Assembly (NCBI RefSeq): GCF_006345805.1
Contig: NC_043024.1
Location: 16,740,001-16,804,000, forward strand
DNA from: Octopus sinensis
Lineage: Eukaryota
Direction: 5' to 3'
DNA length: 64,000 nt
In this document: piece after piece, positions 36,743 through 50,774 of the stretch
Position numbering within the stretch: position 1 is the stretch's first letter
Layout of the letters: the number at the start of each line of letters is the position of its first letter
Translations under genes and position numbers: made by a program
Notes under the pieces: generated by a model
The model's input: the letters and a program-made list of their open reading frames with translations, nothing else
Databases searched by the model: none
What the model was told of the DNA's origin: nothing

Positions 36743-37152
36743 CCTTACCCCCAGACGTGAATAGCATTGCTCACATTCACACAACTGCACTCTTCTACAT
36801 CATGTTCCACCCTCCCACCTTCCACTGTACTCCACCACTACACACCACACTTCCACATTTCATCTCAAAGGCCATCTACACTAATCCTATACCACTATAC
36901 ATCCACAAAGACTGAACAAACCACACGTATAAACCCACAAGTATATCCACTTACTTCACATGCACACACATACATGGGCACACTGATATACACACCATCT
37001 CACCTTACACCAATCAACCCAGTACCCCATCCCATGTACATCGCTCAGTTACTCCTCATATACCCTATTCTAATCCAATACATTTGTACTACCACATAAA
37101 CTTGTTACAGCACACACACATGTGCATGCACTTGGAAGCATAACCCCGCCTA

Positions 37153-37221
<69 letters not shown>

Positions 37222-37636
37222 TGTGTGTGTGTGTATATTTTCTCTTTTCTCTTTCTCTTTTACTTGTTCCAGTCATTTGACTGCGGCCATGCTGGAGCAC
37301 CGCCTTTAATTGAGCAAATCGACCCCGGGACTTATTCTTTGTAAGCCTAGTACTTATTCTATTGGTCTCTTTTGCCGATCCGCTAAGTGACGGGGGACAT
37401 AAACACACCAGCATCGGTTGTCAAGCAATGCTAGGGGAACAAACACAGACACACAAACACATATATATATACATACGACGGGGTTCTTTCAGTTTCCGTC
37501 TACCATATCCACTCAAGGCTTTGGTCGGCCTGAGGCTATAGTAGAAGACACTTACCTAAGGTGCCACACAGTGGGACTGAACCTGGAACCATGTGGTTGG
37601 TAAACAAGCTACTTACCACACAGCCACTCCTGCGCC

Positions 37637-37668
<32 letters not shown>

Positions 37669-37687
37669 ATATATATATCGCCTATAT

Positions 37688-37721
<34 letters not shown>

Positions 37722-38141
37722 ATATATATGTGTGTGTGTGTATATTTTCTCTTTCTCTTTCTCTTTTACTTGTTCCAGTCATTTGACTGCGGCCATGCTG
37801 GAGCACCGCCTTTAATTGAGCAAATCGACCCGGGACTTATTCTTTGTAAGCCTAGTACTTATTCTATTGGTCTCTTTTGCCGATCCGCTAAGTGACGGGG
37901 GACATAAACACACCAGCATCGGTTGTCAAGCAATGCTAGGGGAACAAACACAGACACACAAACACATATATATATACATACGACGGGGTTCTTTCAGTTT
38001 CCGTCTACCATATCCACTCAAGGCTTTGGTCGGCCTGAGGCTATAGTAGAAGACACTTACCTAAGGTGCCACACAGTGGGACTGAACCTGGAACCATGTG
38101 GTTGGTAAACAAGCTACTTACCACACAGCCACTCCTGCGCC

Positions 38142-38173
<32 letters not shown>

Positions 38174-38187
38174 ATATATATATATCG

Positions 38188-38200
<13 letters not shown>
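37222..38200 (-). repeat. 505-bp-period tandem duplication of a full SINE A copy
   Basis: Identical ORFs at 37418 and 37923; both copies end in (TA)n with the same ATATCGCCTA interruption. Confidence 0.95.
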
Positions 38201-38224
<24 letters not shown>

Positions 38225-38381
38225 TCATCATGGCTTGATGGGTTTTCACATGCCACATTAAGCGTTCATACGCACACATACACAGTAATGTTTTTGAGTC
38301 CCCCCCCACCTATTCTTCATCTTACTTTCTCTCCCTCTCTTGTTCTCTTCATTTCTCTAACGTTTTACTTTACCCCTCTCT

Positions 38382-38688
38382 TCTTTAATTTTCTCTCTCT
38401 CTCTTTTTCTCTCACTCTCTCATACTCTCAGTATATATCTAGCTATATAATTTCACTCCTCCCCTCTCTTTCTGTCTCTCTCTCTCTCTCTCTCTCACCA
38501 CCTTTTTCTTCCTGAGTAATGTCTCTTGCTTTTCCCTCCCTCTCTCTCTTTATCTAACTTCATCTCCTCTATATCTCTCACTTTCTTTCTGTCACCCTAT
38601 CTTGATGTACTTCCTCTCTTAGTTTCTCTCTACCTTTCTCTCTCACTCTGTTATTACTGTTTCTCTGTTTGTCTGTCTGTCTCTCTCT
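38382..38688 (-). repeat. Inverted duplication, arm 2
   Basis: Reverse complement of 35787-36106; flanked by a 36-bp direct repeat. Confidence 0.9.
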
Positions 38689-40235
38689 TCATTTCTCTGA
38701 CATTTTACTTTACCCCTCTCTTTATCATCTCTCCCTCCCCACCTATTCTCCCTCTCCCCCACATTCTTACTATTATCCAGTTTATTACTCCACCCACAGT
38801 CTTACTATCTCACTCTCTAACTTATTGTTACACTAAGCCTGTAATGTAAACAAACATCGTAAATTCAGTATCCTCTTCTTTTCCTTTCATTTGGTGTATT
38901 TATTTTCATTGTACACATTCCTTGGTGGTTGTTATTTTGTTACATACTTAGTATCCATGTGTTTCTCCACTACATGTTTTACATATATTATTTATCTCCT
39001 CTTCATAATTTTCCTCATTTCACTTGTGATATTCATTCATCAATCAATCTATCCATCTCTCCACCTATATGTGCCTGCATGCTTGTCTATCTATCTAAAC
39101 ACATATCTCCTTACCTCTCCAGCTAGCTGTCCATCTCTCTGACTCTCAATGTCTGCTTTTCTGTTTGTCTTGGTTTTTCTATCTGTCCATCCACATATCT
39201 AACTAGCTGTGTCTGTCTGTCTGTCTGTTTATCTATCAATCTATATGTCTGTCTATGTATGTATATATGTATGTATGTATCTACCTACCTGTCTATCTCT
39301 CTATCTTCTATGTGTTTGTCTGTCAATCTGTCTGCATATCTATTAACCTATCTCGCAAGCTAGCTGCTTGTCTGTCCGCATATTTATCTCTATTTGTGTT
39401 TTTCCAGATATCTATCTATCTGAATTTCTGTCTCTCTCTATCTGTCTGTCTGTCTGTCTCTATCTGTCTGATTATCTTTCCATCTATCTATATATCTGTC
39501 TATCTATCCATCCATCTATCTTTCTATCTATTTGCCTCCACATACCTATTTACCTATCTAACTAGCTGCCAATTCCACCTGTCTCTCTCTCTCTCTCTCT
39601 CCTGGTTTCCATTCAAATGTTTGTTATATTAATACGTGCAAACTCAGACATGGGCAATTGCTGTCTGCCTAAAGGGTTTACTCTGGTCACTGACCTAGTG
39701 ATCCTGCCTCCACATCTCTAATGGACACTAACCTACCTAATCCTAATCCATCCCCACCGACCCATTCTGATATTCCCCCACTCCGTCCTCCCCACCTCCT
39801 TCATAATCCTCTACTAATTCTCTTCTTTTCCTTCTTCACCCACCTCTCTCTCTCTTTCTCTCCAACCCTTCTCTCAATTCTCACGTATGAACAACAACTA
39901 ATTCTTTACCAATTTCAGTCATTCTTCATTTTTTTCCATTCTTCCATCGATTAAAGACATATAAAAACAAAAAAGCGAAATCTATATTCTTCTCCCCAAA
40001 GCGAAACTTTCCAACATCAAAACCTCTTCTCTCAAACACACAACAACTTCAAGAAATTTGTATTTTGCTCATTCCTATCGTAAATGTTGCAACAGAATGA
40101 TTCTGATCCCAACTGGATTCTGTTTTTCTTTAACTTTCTATCTATGTGTAAATGTGTACAGATTAAGAGACAAACACATAGTTGATAGACAGATGAGCAG
40201 ATAGATAGATGGATGGACGGATGGACAGACACATA

Positions 40236-40536
40236 GTGAAGGCGCATGGCTCAGTGTGTCGAGCTTGCAACTGTGAGATTGTGAGTTCGAATCTTGGATC
40301 GGGCTGTGTGTTGTGTTCTTGAGCAAGACACTTTACTTCACGTTGCTCCAGTTCACTCAGCTGTAGAAATGAGTTGCAACGTCACATGTGCCAAGCTGTA
40401 TCGGCCCCTTTGCCTTTCCCTTGGATAACATTGGTGGCGTGGAGAGGGGAGGCTGGTATGTATGGGCGACTGCTGGTCTTCCATAAACAACCTTGACCAG
40501 TCTTGTTCCTGGGAGGGTAACTTTCTAGGTGCATTC
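40236..40536 (+). mobile_element. SINE family D, older and 3'-truncated
   Basis: Collinear with 34153-34460, with more substitutions. Confidence 0.85.
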
Positions 40537-40625
40537 TGATATGCCTCCCCACCTTCTTGCTCATATCCTCTTCATCTCACCTCCATCATAACCCTCTTAT
40601 TGATTCTCTTCTTTTCCTTCTTCAC

Positions 40626-40667
<42 letters not shown>

Positions 40668-40749
40668 AAAGGTGGTGCTCCAGCATTGCCACAATCAAAT
40701 AACTAAAACAAATAAAAGAAAAGAATAATTATATATATATATAATATAA

Positions 40750-40791
<42 letters not shown>

Positions 40792-41351
40792 CATATATAC
40801 ATACATGTACATATATGCATGTATATATTATTTATATTATTATATGATCGAATGCCATGCATCCATTTCCAAGTAAGTTTTATCCATGTATCTATCTATC
40901 TACCTACCTCCCTACCTAATTTCCTACCTTCCTACCTACCTACCTTCATACCTACCTTCCTACCTACCCACCTAGCCACCCATCCGTCCGTCCGTCCATC
41001 CATCCATCTATCCATCTATCTGTCTATGCTTCTTTCACTTTCCGTCTGCCAAATTCAGTCGCAAGGCTTTGGTCAGCCCAAGGCTTACTCAAGGTGCCAT
41101 GCAGTGAGATTGAACCTGGAACCAAGCTTCTTACCACACAGCCACACCTGCATGATATATATTTATATATATATATATATATATATTTACATATCATGAT
41201 CATGGGATTGACCATACTATTAGATGTTGTCATACATCACTGGTTACAATGCGCTTTGAATTGTTTTGGCTCTCAAATGATGCAGTCTTGGGTTCAACAC
41301 CCTAACGACTACACATAAATATTCATGTGCAAATATAATTCATTTATATAC

Positions 41352-41740
41352 ATAGGCACAGGAGTGGCTGTGTGGTAAGTAGCTTGCTTACCAACCACAT
41401 AGTTCCAAGTTCAGTCCCACTGCATGGCACCTTGGGCAAGTGTTTTCTACTATTGCCTCAGGCCGACCAAACCTTGTGAGTGGATTTCGTAGATGGAAGC
41501 TGAAAGAAGCCTGTCATATATGTGTGTGTGTGTGTGTGTGTGTTTTTCCCCCCACTATCACTTGACAACAGGTGCTGGTGTATTTACGTCCCCATAACTT
41601 TGTGGTTCAGCAAAAGAGACTGATAGAATAAGTACTAGGTTTACAAAGAATAAGTCCTGGGATCAATTAGCTCAACTAAAGGCAATGCTGCAGCATGGCC
41701 GCTGTCAAAATCGCTGAAACAAGTAAAAGAATAAAAGAAT
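41352..41740 (+). mobile_element. SINE family A, full length
   Basis: TAGGCACAGGAGTGGCTGTGTGGTAAG head through the GAAACAAGTAAAAGAATAAAAGAA tail. Confidence 0.9.
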
Positions 41741-42392
41741 ATATTTAATTAAACATACACATATATGCACAGACATGCTCACATAAATATGTTTTTGTAT
41801 ACATGTGCGTGTGTGTGTTTGTGCATGTGTGTGTTGGAGACTCTCTTTTATATTCAGTTACTTCCCATCAATAATAATTAAAATTCAACTGTAGAATAAT
41901 ATTTAATCTATTTATTTTATAGTAACGAAGGCAATCAAAATCATTAATTCGCAGTCATATATGTTTGTATTTCGATGTAAATCTCTTCATCTTCAGCAGA
42001 GTGTTCAATTTCAAATTAATTAGGTTAGTAAATAATTTCAATCTGAGAAAGGTAACAAGAAAGAGAACAGTTACAAGAGTCACAGCAGTCAGATTTTTCC
42101 ATATTGGAAACGGAATGATTGAGGAGAATGGTAATGAATGTTCTCACTGTCTTTTAGTTCCTCTCCTTTTCAAAAGAAATTTAAAGATATTTCTGTTTAT
42201 ATTTGAATTTGAGAAGGAAGAAGGAATTCTATCAAAGCCCACGGCGCACAAAACAAATGAATCTCTTCAGCATCTTCATCCTCTTCTCCCCCTGTCGTGT
42301 GCAAGTGTATTCAAGACTGCATACATTCACTAACTTTCTCTTTATCATTACTATTCTAATCTGAAAAACTGCCTCCATCTGGATTCTTTTAA

Positions 42393-42434
<42 letters not shown>

Positions 42435-42524
42435 ATCTGTCTGTCTGTCTGTCTCTCTGTCTGTCTGTCTATCTATCTCTCATTTTTGGCTCTAGAAAAT
42501 GGTATCTATTCATATGGCATCTCA

Positions 42525-42749
42525 TTAACCTCTCAGCATTTAAACTGGCTGCATCTGGCCTCAGATATTCTACTTGTTCTATATTCAAACCAGCTGGATC
42601 TAGCCTCTCACACCTACTCTATTATGTCATTCTAAAAATAAACACTCATATTGAAAGAGTGAAGTATTGAGAGAGTGCATGATCAATTAAAATTAATTTG
42701 AATAAATGACCATCATTTTTGACTGAATAATCTGAATATTAAGGGTTAA
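42525..42749. mobile_element. TTAA-bounded MITE (piggyBac-like), second family
   Basis: TTAACCTCTCAGCATT...AATATTAAGGGTTAA; inverted relative at 60778-61000. Confidence 0.7.
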
Positions 42750-45554
42750 TATCCCCCAATCTAGCAATCCTGTCTTGATGAAATTGAGGTAACATCAAAC
42801 TAGACATAGGAGATTTGGACTGTTATGAATCATCCAGCCTCTGCTAGCAAGGAATGTGAATGTAAATTGATGACAACGATGTTGACAATGATGATGACAA
42901 CGACGATGACGATGATATACAGGTGCTGAAACCGTCTCTGGTGCTGAGCCCTGTGCCTCTGGTGCTGATGCATCCAGTACACTCCATTGAGTGGTTGGTC
43001 TTAGGAAGAACATCTCAGCTGTAAAAACTAGACCAAAACTGAAATGTATGAGAGTGATGTGGTTGTATGACCAGTCTTAGATGGCTGTCACTTTGAATAA
43101 GAACTGATTTGGACCATAATGACCTGTCCATTCCATGCCATCATTGAAAATGGATGTAAAATGACGACGATGATATCTAACAATGTTGTGTCAAGGTAAT
43201 AAAACATCAACAGATTGTACAATGTTGTTTAGCACAAAGATGGAGCAAGAAGTAGCTATACGTGAATGTAAACCAATGGAAACTAATGTTGAGACTTGTG
43301 TAAGGTGTTAATGGCTGGAAAGTGAAATATTGCAATAACAAAATAATACGCTGCCCTTATAGGTCTGTCTTAACAAAGAAATTGTCTTGTGTGATGAACT
43401 AATGATACTTTAGATAATATATATATGGAGTGGGTATATCAAAGTGAGGGCCTAAAATATGAAAGACCTGAGGAATTGTGTAGGGCATGTTAATGGCAGT
43501 ATACAGGGCTTTGATTAGGAGACAGTATTTTGTTTATTTTTGGTAGCTAGATTCCCTTTTTCTTCGCTGGTTTGGTTTTGGTCAAGAAGGTTGCAGAGTA
43601 GTGATTTGTAATTAGAAGGAAACAGAAAATACTTCATCATGGAATACGGCAGACACATGTCAGGAAAAGGCCAACAACTGAGAGTTAAGAACAAATTGTC
43701 AGTGAGTAATCGGCACATGATTGGGGGAATAGCTGCTCTCAATTTGGTGGTTGACTGGGTAACGGAGGAAGAAAATGTAGTTTCACAAGTAAGGCTGCAT
43801 TTAAAGATGTGTTTTATTCTAAACTTTGATACTTATGAGAACATAATAAACAACTCATCATTTAGCGTCCGCTTTCCATATATTATAAAAGAGAAACTGA
43901 TCTCCATTTGTCCATAACAACATCTGTGTCAAGAGAAGGAAGAGTTTAAAAAAAGACTTTCTCTTAGAACAATTCATGAAGATTCATGCATGATTAACAA
44001 ATATTTTTACCAGCAGCGCAAGAATGGGTAATGACTTACTCATATATCAAACGCTGATAAGGACACCATATTTCATTATGCAACTGTGATATGTATACAT
44101 GTATACGCACGCACACACACACACACATATATGCATACACACATGCACACACACATAAGCACTTACACGCATACACAAATGAGTTACGAGAAATAGTTCA
44201 AATGACGTATGGCATGAATTTAGACAAGAAAAATTCTTGATTGAGTGTGTCTTCATCTCAAGAGAAGGTATTCTGTTTTCCAGCACACAAATTGACTTGG
44301 TATACAATATAGACATTCATACGTTTCCACCATCTTTCCAAATCCTACTACATTTCACATGGAAGTTTTGATCCTCCAAAGTGATTTTGGTGAATCAGTT
44401 GATCTTTCTTGTAAATGAATGTCTAGTGGCAACCACGACTGTCTTTGGATGAGAAAGGAAGATAATCTCCAAAATCAAGAAACATTCAAAACTGACATGT
44501 CTTTCAGGAGTCTAGAGGATATGTATGTCTGCTTCAGTAAATGGTGTGGATGTGTATGTATGTGTATATATGGAACATAATGAAGAATTCAGTCTTCACA
44601 GCAATATCTATATTTCTTAGATTAAACTTCCTCTTCTATTTCACAAAGAAATAGCATCTATTTTTGTTGTGGAAGGATTTCAACTACCTCCCAAGCGACT
44701 AAAAGGTGGACTGACTCATTGTTATAAAACAAAGAACTGTGAGTGATTGGCAGTTTGTTTTGGTAGCAGTTCATTGTGAGCCTTCTATATAGAGCATTAA
44801 GTCTCGTGTAATATTAATAGTAGTGCATCGTGTAAATACTTTCTTCGTTTATTATATATCCCAAGGATATAAAAAATTGGATAATAGATTTTTCTTTTAA
44901 AAACCATCATATGATAAGAACTTTATCACTAGATACCATAATCTTAATTTGGAAAATATTGCAAAGAGATGGAATTCAAAACCCAGCAATCTTAAAGTGT
45001 AGATTTGCTCACACTGACATTACTTCTGTTTAAGATCTGTGTTTACTTCATGAGATATCGACCTAAAATATAAAATCACATCTTCATCTTCCTTTCATTC
45101 GTAACTATATTTACATTAAGCTGTATAGAAAGTTAATTATCTGTACATATTTTTATAGACGTGTGCACATTTATCTTGAAACAGAAACATAAATATGTTA
45201 CACTGAAGTGTTTATACATTGGTTTTATATGTGAAAACAAATCCATTAGAAAAATAAACAAGCATTCCCTCATGATTTGATGAGAATTTTAACCCTTTTA
45301 AGAAACCAGGTTTCTCCAGAAGAGTGCAAACTCTTGATATTGTTGATTTTTAATTCTATTAGATTTGTAGGAGCAGCGTGGTCAAGTGGTTGAGATCTTT
45401 ACCTTGCAGCCATGGGGTCAGAGTTTGATCCTATCACAGAGTATCATGGGCAATTGTCGTTTTCTATAGCCTCAGGTCAATCTATATCTTGTGAGTGGAA
45501 CTGGGTTGATGGAAACTGTAAAGAATCCCTTGAGGGAGATTGTACTTATAACTC

Positions 45555-45819
45555 AAAAAGTATCCCATCAACTTTAAACAGAGTCTGGATAGATTCCTTC
45601 AAAGAATACCAGATAAGCCACCCATAATTGGATACAACTCACCCAACAAGAACTCACTACTTGAATAAAACTGGATACAACCCACCCAACAAGAACTCAC
45701 TACTTGAACAAAACTTGACTTAAACAGGATTCGAATAATCCTATCAGGTGGTGCTATTAAGTTAGACATGGCCTGGACCAATCTTTGGTCGAAACATATC
45801 TAAGTTTATCTAAGTCTAA
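45555..45819 (+). mobile_element. CR1-like LINE 3' end
   Basis: FKQSLDRFLQRIPDKPPIIGYNSPNKNSLLE*; TCTAAG-type tail; internal 43-bp tandem duplication (45630-45715). Confidence 0.6.
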
Positions 45820-46274
45820 ATTTATATATATATATATATATATAGATATACACACACATTCACATCATCATTTAACGTCCGTTTTCCATGCTGCCATGGG
45901 GTGGACAGGTTGACTGAAAACTGGTAAGCTGAGCAGCTGCACCAGGTTCTAAGCTGATTTGACATGGTTTCCTAATGCCAACCATTCTGAGAGTGTAGTG
46001 GAAGCTTTCTATGTGCCACCTGCACAGATGCCAATCATGAAACACCAGCATCGGCCATGACTACGATCTCACTTGGCTAAACATGTCTTCTCAAGCATGG
46101 CATATTGAGAAAGGCCTCGGTCACTTGTCACTGCCTCCATGAGATGCAAAGTTCAAAGGGTGCTTCTTATGTGCCACCCGCATGGGTGCTAGGTGTGCGA
46201 CACTGGCATCAGCTGCAACTGCAGTTTCATGTATATTTATTTGAATTCTGTTGTAAAATTCCTCATTTAAAATC

Positions 46275-46675
46275 AGGAGTAGCTGTGTGGTAAGTAGCTT
46301 GTTTACCAACCACATGGTTCCGGGTTCAGACCCACTGCATTGTACCTTGGGCAAGAGTCTTCTACTATACCCTCGAACTGACCAAATCCTTGTGATCGGA
46401 TTTGGTAGACAGGAACTGAAAGAAGCCCATTGTGTGTATATGTGCATGTGTGTGTGTGTGTCTGTGTTTGTCCCCCCCCCTCACATCGCTTGACAATTGA
46501 TGCTTGTGCATTTACATCCCCATAACTTAGTGGTTCAGCAAAAGGGGCTGATAGAATAAGTACTAAGCTTACAAAAAATAAATCCTAGGGTTGATTTGCC
46601 CAGCTAAAAGGTAGTGCTCCAGCGTGGCTGTAGTCGAATGACTGCAACAAGTAAAAGAACAAAAGAATGAAAGAA
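46275..46675 (+). mobile_element. SINE family A, full length
   Basis: Family A consensus. Confidence 0.85.
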
Positions 46676-48043
46676 TATCTTCAAAATGTTACTGATTTCA
46701 GAAACTATGAAAGGCAGAACATAATTTAATCTTTAGTAGTTTCACATTTTAATTTATTCATAGAGTCTTACGGTTTTTATTGTTTTATAAATTGAGCTGT
46801 TGATATATTAAATTCATTCAAAGGCCATCGTTTGGTAGAATTTACCTTTTCTGTACGAGAAGAATTTTGGACTGTAAATTTAATGCTTAGATGTTCAGTG
46901 GAATGTTTACCATTTGTATGGTACTTTTCTGTTCCTTTCTCATAAGAGCCTAATTTCAGTACCTGAGCATAGTGAGCTAACCTCAGCTAGCTCTTTACAA
47001 AGTTAGTTTTATATTGAGCTATCCAACATATTTGTTGATATATACTGTTTATATATTTCGTGTGAGATCTACATGTGTGTATAATTGGTTTTCACATACC
47101 GACTTTTATTGACAAAACATTGATCAACTTGTGGTTACAAGAACAGATAATTATCGTAACTTCTTATCCCACATATGCACTTGTGTGCATGCATGTGTAT
47201 CTGTGTGTGTGTGCATGTGCACATGTCTGTGTGTGAGTGTGTGTGTGTGTACATGTGTCTGTAGGAAGAAGAAAGCGAAAAATAAATTATTGACCATCTA
47301 AAAAGAATAAAAACAAAATGTAAAAAAGACATGAAATACTCCCTTGAAGATAAAATATCACAAATAAAACAATAAGAAACAAATAATAAAAATATACATA
47401 TAATTGCTTTGGTGCACAAATGTCTCAAGTGGGAATTGAACACACAGACTGCCTCATTGTAACCTCATCAGAGGACATTGTCAATATGCTATCAGCCATC
47501 CACTGATTTCTACATTTTCCTCAGTAGTTTACAAAAGAATCACAGATGTTGGTTTTCACTTGTAGGCGTCTTACTTATTGCAGCCTTTTGTATGGTATTG
47601 TATGACAGTAATTGTATTGTTGTGTGGTGTTGTGTATACTAGACATGACTGTATGCTCAAAACTTTTGCTTCACAATTGTGTGGTTTCCACTTTGATTCA
47701 ACTCTGTGATACATTCTGTAAATATTTTCTCAGTGATAGCTTCAGAAGAAGGGAGAACCTAGGTCGTTCCACTTGTGAGTTCAATTTCCTTATGAATTAT
47801 AAATACACTTTGGCTAGAGACACTGAGTTTTTGAAACCTTGCCAATTTTATAAGAAAACCCCAATATTGTGTTTCTGCCATATCTTTCAGTTAAGCAATG
47901 CCTCAAGAGCAAAATTTGGTAACTAGAAGCTGTACAGAAGTTGTATATATATATATATGTATGTATGTATATATATATATATACACATGTATGTATGTTT
48001 TGTCACCATATGTTTCCAATTGCCATCACATAGATAGTGGTAA

Positions 48044-49714
48044 TATGGGGTGGTATCAAATAGCTCCTGGACTAGTTCTGTAGCATGCCAACAGGTGGCA
48101 GCACATGGTTGCATATGCAGTGAGAGCTAGCAGTGACCTTCATGAGGCAGTGTGCTGAGTCATATCGCTGTGTTTACTTTGAATGTTGTGAAATTTGTGT
48201 TTCTGTGATCAGGTGTATGTTGTAGTCTGTGATTTTGTCATGGACAGGAAGTTGGAACAAAGAGCCAATGTGAAATTTTGTGTTTAACTAGGGCAGTCTG
48301 CTACAGGGACATTGAGCATGCTTCAGTAAACTTATGGTGATGAGGCAACAATATTTTGAGTGGCATGGGCCCTTCAAAAGCAGAAGAATGTCCCTGGATG
48401 ATGATGAGCAACCTGGAAGAATGTGGAGAAAATTCCTCAGCCTGTGCATAAGGATCGTCAGAGGACAATCTGTGACATTGCTGCTGATGTTGGTCTGTTG
48501 AATGGGTCCATGCAGGCAATTCTAAAGTCTTAACTGAACATGTAGCTTGTCTCTGCCAAGTTTGTCTCCTGCCTGCTGACCACTGAGCAGAAAGAACATC
48601 ATGTCATATCAAGGAAGTGGCTGTGTGGTAAGTATAGGTGCAGGAGTGGCTGTGTGGTAAGTAGCTTGCTTACCAACCTCATGGTTCCGGGTTCAGTCCC
48701 ACTGCATGGCACCTTGGGCAAATGTATTCTACTATAGCCTCGGGCCGACCAATGACTTGTGAGTGGATTTGGTAGACAGAAACTGAAAGAAGCCTGTCAT
48801 ATATATGTATATATATGTGTTTGTGTGTCTGTGTTTATCCCCCCAACATCGCTTGACAACCGATGCTGGTGTGTTTACATCCCTGTAACTTAGCAGTTCA
48901 GCAAAAGAGACTGATGGAATAAGTACTAGGCTTACAAAGAATAAGTCCTGGGGTCACTTTGCTCGACTAAAGGCTGTGCTCCAGCATGGCCACAGTCAAA
49001 TGACTGAAACAAGTAAATGAGTAAAAGAGAGTAAAGAATAAGATCTCCATCAGCATGCTGCTGATGACCCATCCTTCATGGTGATACGAGTTGGGTCTAC
49101 AGGTATGACCCTGAGATGAAGCAGGAGTCATCACAATGGAAGGGCCCTTCATGTCCACTGGACCAAAAAGGGCATGGCAGAGTTGCAACTCATTCAAGAG
49201 CATGCTCATTGAATCTTTTGACATCTGCAGTAGTGTGCATCAAGAATTCGTCCCCCAGAGCCAGTTTGTCAATTTAGAATTCTACTGTGACATGTTGAAG
49301 TGTTTGAGGGAGGACATTTGGTGAATGCGATCAGATCTGTGGAGAAGGAAGAATTGGATTCTTCATGACAACAATGCACTGTGTCACTGAACTCTCGTCA
49401 CTGGCCATCACTTTTACACCTGCCCTATTCACCAGATTTAGCCCCCACAGATTTCTGTTTTTTCCCTAAGATGAAAATGTAGCTCAAAGGTCACTGTTTT
49501 AACACCACTGTTAAGTTCAAGAGTGAATCACAGAAGATCCTCGACTTGTTTACAGAAAATAAAATCCAGGCCAGATTCCAAAAGTGGCAGGAATGATGGA
49601 ATCCCTGTATTGCTGTGCAAGGTGGCTATTTTGAAGATGCTGTTAAAACTTAGGTAAATAAGTTATTGTTTTACTCAACATAACTAGTCTGGGAACTTTT
49701 TGGTACCACCTTGT
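48044..49714 (+). mobile_element. Decayed full-length mariner with SINE insertion
   Basis: 31-bp TIRs (23/31 match); MDRKLEQRANVKFC, SWVYRYDPE, WILHDN and LPYSPDLAP motifs; many stops and deletions. Confidence 0.9.
48612..49040 (+). mobile_element. SINE family A inside the mariner, with a doubled 5' head
   Basis: AGGAAGTGGCTGTGTGGTAAGTA immediately followed by TAGGTGCAGGAGTGGCTGTGTGGTAAGTA. Confidence 0.9.
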
Positions 49715-50619
49715 CTTTGTTTATGTCCTACAAATTTCCAGTTTTGACATGTGAAGACCAGAGAAATACAGTGTTTGTTTCTTGGAGGGGGAAAAAGCTC
49801 AGAAAATTGTTCAGGTTCAGGAAGGACATCAAGCTGCAGAATTCTGACTCAAAAAGTCTCGTCCAATCAATGACAGCATGAAAAATTATAAACAGATGTA
49901 AAAATGATGAGGATTATGTCCAGTAGTCTCTATCATTAAACCGTATTCTTTGTTGGTGAATGCAGAACTGCATTGTCTCTATTCCATGTGTTCTTTTCTA
50001 CAAAGACTGTGACGTTAATTTGAAGGCGATTTGGCTGCTACTTTTAGCAGGCTGACTGATCAAGTCAGAGCTACTGGTGAATATATTTGTGGTGTGTGTG
50101 TATCAAATTTTTTATTATGTGAAAATGGATTGAACAGGCTTTATTCCAATATTACAAGCTACAACAATTGTTTCAATACATCATTGTTAGTTGCTAATTG
50201 CTGAATGTTACAAATTATACGCAATATTGTATTAATGTGATTCAACAATAGCTACATACATGCTCATCCTCAGGTGCTTAATTTATGTAACATTCATAAT
50301 TTATGTAACATTTAGCAATTAACAGTTGATAATGATGCATTAGTGATTTGTAATATAAAGACTGTTCGATCCATCTTTTCATATTAAAATTTTGTTTGTT
50401 TATACTCTACAGATATAACTGGATTTCCACTTGTATATCCGGTAACAGGAGAAGCTCTACTCTATGATAACATTTGGGAGCTGATACCCAGAGAGAAGCT
50501 TTGGAAAACACACCTCTAAGTTTATCACCCAGATTACATCGACACACACACACACACACGCACATACATGCATATATATATTTCTGAGTAAGTACATACA
50601 TACATATGTGCTTATATAT

Positions 50620-50664
<45 letters not shown>

Positions 50665-50736
50665 ATATATATATATATATATAATATATATATATAAATG
50701 TATACATACATATAAGAGACCAAAGTGTACGTATAC

Positions 50737-50774
<38 letters not shown>

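Noticed and set aside
41960-42320. Minus-strand CTGAAGA...CATCGAAA and a possible PLE 3' end
   Set aside because: Stems I and III do not form, and the translation is not convincingly GIY-YIG
45765-45800. GACC/GGTC stem followed by GAAAC in the CR1-like 3'UTR
   Set aside because: No CUGANGA upstream
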